Source: an uncultured Syntrophobacterales bacterium
Lineage (GTDB): Bacteria; Desulfobacterota; BSN033; WVXP01; G020346125
Length of the DNA stretch: 49,957 nucleotides
Assembly: GCA_965371165.1 (NCBI GenBank)
Contig: CBDUXJ010000001.1
Span: forward strand, 1-49,957
Reading direction: 5' to 3'
How positions within the stretch are numbered: the first letter of the stretch is position 1; the number at the start of each line of letters is the position of its first letter. Below are positions 30,063 to 37,413 of this stretch, in pieces. The position numbers and the translations under genes were made by a program. The notes beneath the pieces are model-generated. The model made no database searches and was not told the origin of the DNA. It saw nothing but the letters and a program-made list of their open reading frames with translations.

Positions 30063-30976
30063 TATTTTCTCGGGGCCATAAACCATGCCCTTAACCAGTA
30101 GCGGATGGAACGAAACCGAAAGGGCGTGAGCCTCAATGATCGGCCAAAGGCCTTCCGGGCCATCCTGGTATCCCCCAGTCTCAGGTATGCGCGCCCAAAA
30201 TAGAGATGGAGATTCGACATCCTGATTCTGTGCGTTCGCACAGAAATTTGCCCCGGGTCGTAATGGGCCTCCAATACTCTGAGGGCATTCTGCCTGAGAG
30301 TGATTTTGTCATGGCTCACATTGTCTTCATGTTTCCGGTAGCGAACCAGGGGTCGATTCAGATAAGCGATGGGAAACCGCTTGGCAACCCGGAGCCAGAC
30401 ATCGTAATCCTCAACACTCCAATACCTCTCATCAAAATATCCGATTTCCTGAAAACACTCTTTTGCCATCAGGGCGGTTGATGTCCTGATAAAACTGTTC
30501 GAATAGAGAATGGGGAAGAGGTGTCCCATAGAATCTTTTCTCAGTTTTCTCTCCCTGGATTTCCTGGAGCCAATGAGACTGGAATCTGTACAAACGAATT
30601 TGATTTCTGGATGTTCTCTCATAAAGTCCATCTGGATGCGGAGTTTCTCCGGTTCCCACACATCGTCGGAATCGAGAAAGGCCACATAGGTCCCTCTCGC
30701 CTTCTTGATACCCATGTTGCGGGCACTTGAGGGTCCTCCATTTTCCTTAAAAAAATACCTCACCCGATCATCGTAGCGCCTCACCGTCTCTTCGGTCCTA
30801 TCAGTGGACCCATCATCCACAACGATTATCTCCATCTCTTTCCAGGTCTGGGCAAGGACCGAATCGATGGCTTCTGGAAGAAGATCTGCTCGGTTATACG
30901 TGGGAATAATCACACTCACCTTTACGGTCGTGTCCTGTGAGCCCTTTTTCAATCCCATTTCATCAGGTCCTTTCAA
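30062..30976 (-). CDS. Glycosyltransferase family 2
   Basis: VSVIIPTYNRADLLPEAIDSVLAQT ... IIVVDDGSTDRT ... FLDSDD. The start overlaps the upstream stop by 4 nt. Confidence 0.85.
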   Translation of the reverse strand: MKGPDEMGLKKGSQDTTVKVSVIIPTYNRADLLPEAIDSVLAQTWKEMEIIVVDDGSTDRTEETVRRYDDRVRYFFKENGGPSSARNMGIKKARGTYVAFLDSDDVWEPEKLRIQMDFMREHPEIKFVCTDSSLIGSRKSRERKLRKDSMGHLFPILYSNSFIRTSTALMAKECFQEIGYFDERYWSVEDYDVWLRVAKRFPIAYLNRPLVRYRKHEDNVSHDKITLRQNALRVLEAHYDPGQISVRTHRIRMSNLHLYFGRAYLRLGDTRMARKAFGRSLRLTPFRFRSIRYWLRAWFMAPRK

Positions 30977-32136
30977 ACCACAGGTCCCATTTCCACTATA
31001 TTCTTGTAGAAAAGCTCAAATCCCCGGGCCTGCTTCTCCACCTGAAACTCCCGCAGGGCCTTTTCACGGGTCGCCCGACCCATATGGTTTCTGAGCTTCT
31101 CATCCTTCACAAGAGTTCTCAGGGCCTCGAGGAGATTCTCCGGGGTATCATCAACAACAAATCCTGTCACACCATCGTCGACAAGTTCAGGAAGCATTCC
31201 TCTCCTGGCGACCACTGCGGGTTTACCCATGGCCATGGCTTCCCTGAGGGCTCGGGCGGTCCCGTCTGACCCTGCCATCAAGAAGACAAAGATGTCCATG
31301 GTTGCCAAGGTATCCAGATAATTCTCCGTCTGATAACCTGCCAGAATAACAGAGGAGTCAAGGCCGAACCGCCTGATTGGCTCGACGACACTCTCCCTGA
31401 TCTGACTACTTCTCCCGACCAGAAGGGCCTTGACATGGGGAAATTCTTTTACACTCTTGGCTAGGGCCGCCAGGAAAACCTCTGTTCTTCGGTATTTCTG
31501 AAATCGAGCGATCATACCAATCACCACATCTTCTTGATTTATCTTAAAGACATCTCGCATATTACGGAACGTTCTGTTCGGGTCATATCGCTCCAGCTGC
31601 AGGGCAACCCCAACCCGCCCTACCCTTTCTGCGGAGATAGGCAGATCTCTCGAGTTCCTCTGCTGGGCCATTTCTGAAAAAGTGACAATCCCGTCTGTCA
31701 ATCTCGACACGAGAAGGCGGTTTCCCCAGGATGGTGTGATCGCATCTCTCTTATGATCGGTCCTTATGACCACAGGCCTTTTCTTTGATAGGCGTACGGC
31801 CACCCCCCCCAGAATATGGTCGTGGGAATGGTGTACATTGACCAGATCAAATCCTTCATGATCAATAAATCTACACAGAGATCTCAGATCCCTAAGGTTG
31901 TCAGTCAGCGCAAATCCCCGATAACCCTTCCCCAGAGGCCGAAGCCGGAATCGGTCTGTCCCCTGGAAACATTTTCCCGGGATCCGTTTGCCAATGCTGT
32001 CTTCAGCTCCTTCAGGAGGGGATCTATAGGCCAGGGTCACCTGGTGGCCCCGTCTCTGCAAGGCTTCGCAGAGAATGACAGTCGGTTCCGCAGGCCCCGT
32101 CCACTTCCAATCGCCAAACAGATGCAGAATCTTCAT
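30973..32136 (-). CDS. Glycosyltransferase family 4 (GT-B)
   Basis: MKILHLFGDWKWTGPAEP ... and the C-terminal EAMAMGKPAVVARRGMLPELVDDGVTGF (E-x7-E-like motif). The ATG at 32134-32136 overlaps the upstream TGA (ATGA). The track start is 32148. Confidence 0.8.
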   Translation of the reverse strand: MKILHLFGDWKWTGPAEPTVILCEALQRRGHQVTLAYRSPPEGAEDSIGKRIPGKCFQGTDRFRLRPLGKGYRGFALTDNLRDLRSLCRFIDHEGFDLVNVHHSHDHILGGVAVRLSKKRPVVIRTDHKRDAITPSWGNRLLVSRLTDGIVTFSEMAQQRNSRDLPISAERVGRVGVALQLERYDPNRTFRNMRDVFKINQEDVVIGMIARFQKYRRTEVFLAALAKSVKEFPHVKALLVGRSSQIRESVVEPIRRFGLDSSVILAGYQTENYLDTLATMDIFVFLMAGSDGTARALREAMAMGKPAVVARRGMLPELVDDGVTGFVVDDTPENLLEALRTLVKDEKLRNHMGRATREKALREFQVEKQARGFELFYKNIVEMGPVV

Positions 32137-33326
32137 GGATTTCTCCACGTCCGGACACCCCCAGCGATCTCATGGTAGACCCGCAAGGTTTCCTCAACAT
32201 GAGAAGTAGGCGAGTACTTTTCCATCCACTGCCTCGCGACACCCTGTGCAGCGTTACGGCGGTCCTCATCAAAATAGAAGGCAATAGATTCAGCCAGTTC
32301 TTCCACATCGGCGGGATTCTCGAGAATCTTTCCTCCTTTGTTTGAAACGATGACGTCGGCTGCTCCGTTGAACCGTGAGGTGATGACGGGGAGCCCGCTT
32401 GCCAAAGCCTCCAAAACGGTCAGAGAACAAGAGTCGTAGAATGTGGGATGAACATAGATGTCGCTGGCCGCATAATACTGCTCCATTTCCTTGACGGGCC
32501 CCAGAAAAAGAGTGAAATCTGAAACACCCAGTCTCCGGGCCATCCGCAGGTAGCGACCGATCCTTCCTCGACCTACAATCAACAGGTGAAAAGGCCGATT
32601 TAGAAACCATCGCCGTAGGTGGATCAGCGCGTGCAAAAGGGGCTCGAGTCCCTTGAGACGGTAGTTGTTCCCCGCAAAAAGGAGGAGGAGAGTACTATCA
32701 CCGATTCCCAACTCCGTCCGTTTTACCTTGCGAAAAATCTCCCGGTTTTCCGGATGAAACCGATCAAGATCCACGCAGTTGAAAACAATTGTTATTTTCT
32801 CCTCGGGAACCCCATAGTATCGAATGATGTCTTCCTTGACCATTCGCGATATTGCTATGATTTTTTTTACCTTATCATTCACGTATTGTCTTCGCTGGAC
32901 CCAGATCTTCACATAGTGCTGAGGAGAGAGATACCGTCTCAAGAATCTATACACATAATAGGCCCTGTTAGTGATGGAAGAAAACTCCTGTTTCAGATAA
33001 GCCTTTTCCACACCACCATGGGGGTTAAAGATATTCATGGCTAGGGTTCGACCAACTCCCTGAATAATGTCAAAATCGTACTGCTGGACTGCACGAGCTG
33101 AATTACGGAGAAAACAAAAAATTCTCAAACTATGAGGATATCTCAATACCGGTATTTGGTGCAACTGATACTCCGTCCCCCGGATTTTTTCTCCAATTGT
33201 GGCAAAAATATGGACCTCATGCCCTCTGCTAGCAAGCTCCTTAGCTAACCAGGAAAAATAACTCTCTCCACCCCTCGATGGTAGATATCGATCCAGGACA
33301 AAGGCAATCTTTAACTTCCGAGATAT
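32133..33326 (-). CDS. Glycosyltransferase family 4 with no canonical start codon for its conserved N-terminus
   Basis: The track ORF (32133-33164, TTG start) begins inside the protein. The same frame stays open up to 33356 and encodes (L)KIAFVLDRYLPSRGGESYFSWLAKELASRGHEVHIFA, the typical GT4 N-terminal Rossmann motif. That stretch has no ATG/GTG/TTG. The best candidate is ATA at 33324-33326, 8 nt after GGAGG. The 5' coordinate is uncertain. Confidence 0.65.
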   Translation of the reverse strand: MSRKLKIAFVLDRYLPSRGGESYFSWLAKELASRGHEVHIFATIGEKIRGTEYQLHQIPVLRYPHSLRIFCFLRNSARAVQQYDFDIIQGVGRTLAMNIFNPHGGVEKAYLKQEFSSITNRAYYVYRFLRRYLSPQHYVKIWVQRRQYVNDKVKKIIAISRMVKEDIIRYYGVPEEKITIVFNCVDLDRFHPENREIFRKVKRTELGIGDSTLLLLFAGNNYRLKGLEPLLHALIHLRRWFLNRPFHLLIVGRGRIGRYLRMARRLGVSDFTLFLGPVKEMEQYYAASDIYVHPTFYDSCSLTVLEALASGLPVITSRFNGAADVIVSNKGGKILENPADVEELAESIAFYFDEDRRNAAQGVARQWMEKYSPTSHVEETLRVYHEIAGGVRTWRNP

Positions 33327-33348
33327 CGTATTTACCTCCAGTATGGTC

Positions 33349-34374
33349 TTAAAAATTCAAAAAGCCATTCTCCTTGCAACTATGACAAATCGTTGGACTT
33401 TTTTTGATTTTGTTTCGGACCTCTTGTCTGGCCAATCTGTATTTCTCATTATTCCAAATAAAGGCAAAAGGTTCTTCGAAAACATTCCCAAAGGCATGCC
33501 GTTCTCCATAAACCGCACAACAAGGAAGGACGGCCCCATCCCAATTAATGACCGTTGTCTTCCAAAGATGGTTACATCTCATCTGTTTCCTTTCCCCTTT
33601 CTTTTCAAGGTCAAATGCACAATACTTTGGATTTTCTGGAATCCAGTCTTTATCCCTTTCAATCGAATCCTCCACCTTTTCGAATATTTCCTTTCCCATA
33701 TCCGTTCTCATTCTGTTAATTCGAAGCTCCATGCCACAATCGTGAGCTAACTCTTTGATTTTTTCAACCTCATGCTCGTTATGCTTGAAAACGTGGAAAA
33801 GAAGAACAATACGCGTGTAACAGTTATTCAGTTTCTTCTTCGCTTCTAACAATTGATAAATGTTTGATGTTACTTTATGAAAATTTCCACCTATACGATA
33901 TTTTGAATAAGTTTCTGCACTGGCCCCATCACAAGAAATAAAAATTTTATCGATATGGGTGGAAATGAGAGCTTCTGCCACCTTTTTGTCCAGTATGTTT
34001 AAATTTGTGCTGATGCAAACGGGGATATTCATATTTTTTGCATATCGAATCATATCGATTAGATCTTTATTCAATAGGGGCTCGCCCCAGTTGTACAATT
34101 CCAAATTGGTGAGATAGCTTCCTATTTCATTCAGAACCCTCCTAAATTCTCCGATTTTCATAAACCCTCTGGAGGCACTTTTATCTCCCCTTCCTGTGGG
34201 ACAGAGTGGACATTTCAGATTACAGATATTGCCTATATCAATAGTGAGCTTATTGGGGAAATAGAATAGGCGTGAATGTCCCCAGAAGTATTGGATTTCC
34301 TTAACAATGAGATTATGAATCTTTCGGGGGGTGAATATCTGTTTAAGAAATATCAGCCTGTTTACGAGCTTCAT
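33349..34374 (-). CDS. Radical SAM enzyme with C-terminal SPASM/twitch-type Cys-rich domain
   Basis: CX3CX2C motif in DIGNICNLKCPLCPTG. The C-terminal auxiliary-cluster cysteines are RCNHLW...VLPCCAVYG...TICHSCKENG. The gene is visibly A+T rich compared with its neighbours. Confidence 0.8.
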   Translation of the reverse strand: MKLVNRLIFLKQIFTPRKIHNLIVKEIQYFWGHSRLFYFPNKLTIDIGNICNLKCPLCPTGRGDKSASRGFMKIGEFRRVLNEIGSYLTNLELYNWGEPLLNKDLIDMIRYAKNMNIPVCISTNLNILDKKVAEALISTHIDKIFISCDGASAETYSKYRIGGNFHKVTSNIYQLLEAKKKLNNCYTRIVLLFHVFKHNEHEVEKIKELAHDCGMELRINRMRTDMGKEIFEKVEDSIERDKDWIPENPKYCAFDLEKKGERKQMRCNHLWKTTVINWDGAVLPCCAVYGERHAFGNVFEEPFAFIWNNEKYRLARQEVRNKIKKSPTICHSCKENGFLNF

Positions 34375-35128
34375 ATTTATCCGTCCTTTTTATTGCCCCT
34401 TCCCAGACTTTGGCATATCTCATAAAAACATAAAACGAATATGCTATCGCATTGATTAAACCGGGAATTCCGTCTCGAAACCCTTGCTTGTAAATATAGG
34501 TCTCCAGGAACTTGATCGGAGGACGAACCATCAGATGAAACGGCGTTGCCTTTATCCCCTTCCCTCTCATGATTTCCGCTGAAGCCTGAGAAAATTGATC
34601 GATCGTCTTCAGTTGATCGGATAGATTGCGGTAAGCAAAATGGAGAAGATCGCTTCGGAGAGTTCTCGTATTCCCGGCGACCGTGACTTTTTCATGGAGT
34701 TGTTCCCCAGTCCATTTCCCTTTGTTCCTTCGAAACAGCCTCAACTGATAGTTGGGGTACCATCCCCCGTGATTAATCCAACGCCCCAAATAGTAGGTAC
34801 GCCTGGGAATGTAATACCCATTTACATCGCCATGGCTTTTTAACTCATCAATGATTTCATCCCTCAAAGAAGGAGAGACTCTTTCGTCCGCATCGATACT
34901 CAAAATCCAGTTATGAGTAGCCTGTTGGATGGCAAAATTCTTCTGATCCAGAAACCCTGACCATCCTCTTTGGAATACCTTGTCCGTATAAAACCGGCAG
35001 ATCTGCACCGTTCTGTCTGTGCTCAAGGAATCCACTACGACAATTTCGTCGGTCCAGGTAATGTTTTCCAAACAATCTTTAATATTGTCCTCTTCGTTAA
35101 AGGTAATAACACAGGCGGTTATACCCAA
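34343..35128 (-). CDS. GT2 glycosyltransferase, LgtF/WaaE (KdtX)-like LPS core glucosyltransferase family
   Basis: ACVITFNEEDNIKDCLENITWTDEIVVVDSLSTDRTVQI ... WILSIDADERVS matches the LgtF/WaaE-type pattern as I remember it. TTG start. Its 3' end overlaps the radical SAM start by 32 nt. Confidence 0.7.
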   Translation of the reverse strand: MGITACVITFNEEDNIKDCLENITWTDEIVVVDSLSTDRTVQICRFYTDKVFQRGWSGFLDQKNFAIQQATHNWILSIDADERVSPSLRDEIIDELKSHGDVNGYYIPRRTYYLGRWINHGGWYPNYQLRLFRRNKGKWTGEQLHEKVTVAGNTRTLRSDLLHFAYRNLSDQLKTIDQFSQASAEIMRGKGIKATPFHLMVRPPIKFLETYIYKQGFRDGIPGLINAIAYSFYVFMRYAKVWEGAIKRTDKYEARKQADIS

Positions 35129-35202
35129 GGGTCACCTCCTCAGACATAAATAACGTGTCCCTCTGTTGACCGTTCTCTATTTCACGGCAAGAAAGTACCT
35201 TC

Positions 35203-36309
35203 CTAAACCTCAACGGAATTTTCCCTCAATTCCAGAAGCATTATTGCGGCATCAAAGACGTCTTGACTGCTGATGGCCTTCATGCACTTCACATCCTTAC
35301 ATCCCCTGTTGCGGCACGGGCTGCATGGCAGATCTTTGCGGACTATGATATGGGACGTTCCCTCATACGGCGCATTCACGATGGGATCAGTCGGTCCGTA
35401 GATTCCCACAACCGGGGTCTTAACGAGGGAGGCGATGTGCATTGGCCCGGTATCGTTTCCGATGTATACGCTACACCGTCTGAATATTTCCGCTAGCTGA
35501 TTGAGGGAGGTTTGAGGGGCCACAATGGAATCCCTTCTCATCCGGGCCCTTACCTCATCCACCATCGTCTTCTCCCCCGGACCCCAGGTGAAGAGAACCG
35601 AGACATTGAGCTCCTCCACAAGCCGATCGGCCAGCTCGCTGTATTTGGCGGCCGCCCACCGTTTATAGGTGGTTCTTGAACTCGCCCCCGGATAAATGGT
35701 AACCATGGGGCCTGACATGCCGGTACATCGACTTCGGAAGAATTGGTCCACATAATCCACATCTTCCTGAGATACATGGAGATGCACGTCCCTTCCCCCG
35801 CGATCCAGGCCTAAAGGGCCGAGCAGGGCGAAGTTTTTCTCAAAACGGCTTATTCGACTGGATCCGGGACTCACCTTTCGGTTATTAAAAAGGTGATTCC
35901 ACTCCTTGCAATATCCCCGATCGAATCCCACCCGTTCTTTGGCGCCGCTGATGTAGCTGATCAGCCCACTCTTCAAAATACCGTGAAAGTCAAAGGCGAT
36001 ATCGTAATGCTTGTCCCTGAGCTCCTTGACGAATCGACATACCTCCCCGATGGTCCTCAAGAAGCTAAGGGGATTGAGGATACCCTTTTTCCATCTATTT
36101 CGCTGGAAAACGATGATCTCGTCGATTTCGGGTTGATGGGCCAAGACATCCCGGGCCTTCTCCTCTACCACCCAGGCAATATGAGCCGTTGGAAACCTCT
36201 CCCGTAAGGCATTGACTGCTGGGAGGGTTCGTACTACATCTCCGATAGCGCTCAACCGGATAATCAATATCCTCTCGATACCCTTCGCCGCTGCTCCATT
36301 CATGATCAT
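35203..36309 (-). CDS. waaC: ADP-heptose:LPS heptosyltransferase, GT9 family (WaaC/RfaC-like)
   Basis: RILIIRLSAIGDVVRTLPAVNALRERFPTAHIAWVVEE (WaaC-like WVVEE) and GNDTGPMHIA. I start at MIMNG (ATG 36307-36309) because the 32 upstream codons in the track ORF are a read-through of repeat copy A. The symbol is tentative. Confidence 0.75.
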   Translation of the reverse strand: MIMNGAAAKGIERILIIRLSAIGDVVRTLPAVNALRERFPTAHIAWVVEEKARDVLAHQPEIDEIIVFQRNRWKKGILNPLSFLRTIGEVCRFVKELRDKHYDIAFDFHGILKSGLISYISGAKERVGFDRGYCKEWNHLFNNRKVSPGSSRISRFEKNFALLGPLGLDRGGRDVHLHVSQEDVDYVDQFFRSRCTGMSGPMVTIYPGASSRTTYKRWAAAKYSELADRLVEELNVSVLFTWGPGEKTMVDEVRARMRRDSIVAPQTSLNQLAEIFRRCSVYIGNDTGPMHIASLVKTPVVGIYGPTDPIVNAPYEGTSHIIVRKDLPCSPCRNRGCKDVKCMKAISSQDVFDAAIMLLELRENSVEV

Positions 36310-36553
36310 TTCGTAAAAAGTCGGAATCAGACGGCAAAGAAAAAAGATCCAGATGCAAGGCGCGCAAATCCTGAGGAATGAGGCGTACAGAGAACTACGC
36401 TGCAATGATTTACCCTGTTAAATATTTTCTTTGTTTGATATTACTGTCTTCAAGCAGCTCCTATATCCCATATTTCTTGATATGGCTGCCTTCAATTTAA
36501 CAGGGCAGGGGATGCAGCGCAACGCAGCAGATGGACTTTTTACGAAGCCGTCA
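36303..36553 (+). repeat. Palindromic repeat element, copy A (diverged, carries a 93-bp internal insertion)
   Basis: It shares with copy B the left block TCGTAAAAAGTC..ATCAGACGGCA..CCAGATGCAAGGCGCG and the right block GCAGCGCAACGC.GCAGATGGACTTTTTACGAAGCCGTCA. The 12-bp arms TCGTAAAAAGTC and GACTTTTTACGA are perfect inverted repeats. Confidence 0.85.
36413..36505. repeat. 93-bp insertion inside copy A bounded by perfect 11-bp inverted repeats
   Basis: CCCTGTTAAAT (36413-36423) and ATTTAACAGGG (36495-36505). The segment is absent from the otherwise colinear copy B. Confidence 0.7.
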
Positions 36554-36587
36554 TTCATAGGTATCATATTCCATTCATGGGTATCAT
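36552..36587 (+). repeat. Tandem 16-nt direct repeat (period 20) at the right edge of copy A
   Basis: CATTCATAGGTATCAT (36552-36567) and CATTCATGGGTATCAT (36572-36587) match at 15 of 16 positions. Confidence 0.8.
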
Positions 36588-36731
36588 GGGAAGTGCCTGG
36601 ATTTCCCCTCTCTCCTCCCATTAATTCCCGTCCGATCTATATGTAGCGTCTTAAATGGCTACGCATAATTCAAACAAGGATTAAATCCTATACGCAAATA
36701 TTTACGTCGTCACATATAAAAACTCACGACC

Positions 36732-37205
36732 CTACCCGCAGACCGGGTGGACGTCAGTTAAATAATCATTCTCCCCCTTTAGATAAGCCCTGGCACTCGA
36801 GAATTCGTAGTCGACCTCCTTCTTCACGATCCCCCTTCGTACTGGATTCTCGAAAATGTACCGAATTTTCCTCTTCAAGTCCACCTCGCCCTCGATGCTG
36901 TACTCGAAAAATTGCCTCTGCCAGACCTTTCCCCTCTCACCCCGCATCATGAAATACTTGCGACCGAAGCTCCCCTTGATCGCCTTCATCACCTCCGACA
37001 AATCATATCTCTCATTGGGTTCGATCAGAAGATGAATGTGGTCTGGCATCACCACGTAGCTGTAAATCTTGAAAGCTAACAAGGGCTTATAGTAACGCAA
37101 GGTGTTCAAGAAGAAGTGGGCCGCGCCTGGATCTTTAAAAATCTGCTGCCTCTTTTCCGTATTGGTGGTCACAAAATAATACATCCTTCCTCTACTTCTT
37201 TTCAT
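36732..37205 (-). CDS. REP-associated tyrosine transposase (RAYT; IS200/Y1 HUH family)
   Basis: 157 aa. YYFVTTNTEKRQQIF, HUH motif VVMPDHIHLLIEP, and the catalytic Tyr region KIRYIFENPVRRGIV. GAGGA lies 9 nt upstream of the ATG. Confidence 0.8.
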   Translation of the reverse strand: MKRSRGRMYYFVTTNTEKRQQIFKDPGAAHFFLNTLRYYKPLLAFKIYSYVVMPDHIHLLIEPNERYDLSEVMKAIKGSFGRKYFMMRGERGKVWQRQFFEYSIEGEVDLKRKIRYIFENPVRRGIVKKEVDYEFSSARAYLKGENDYLTDVHPVCG

Positions 37206-37413
37206 ACTTTAAAGTCCTCACGTTATGTGAACTATTAAACGAAATTCCTAGCACAATTACCATATCATGTCAATTTTTTCCCTATGATTTTCAACGAATT
37301 AGCTAGATTAATATCTAGATATTATAGGTATCGAATTAGGTGAGATTGGCGAAAAGACCATTACTCCCCGTGAGATCTGGGGGCAATAAACAGTCCTCTC
37401 TATGACGGGAAAA

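Noticed and set aside
36310-36405. The 32-codon N-terminal extension of the WaaC-like ORF (MQRSSLYASFLRICAPCIWIFFLCRLIPTFYE), which looks like a TM helix.
   Set aside because: It is a read-through of repeat copy A; the same nucleotide sequence recurs at 46387-46470. It starts at a TTG without an SD. GT9 homology begins only at MIMNG.
37206-37413. A second copy of the repeat, or a classical REP hairpin, on the 5' side of the RAYT gene, as expected for RAYT loci.
   Set aside because: Only an A+T-rich spacer with a short hairpin (CTAGAT-TAAT-ATCTAG) and a possible TTGACA -35 box is present. None of the repeat-family sequence blocks occur there.
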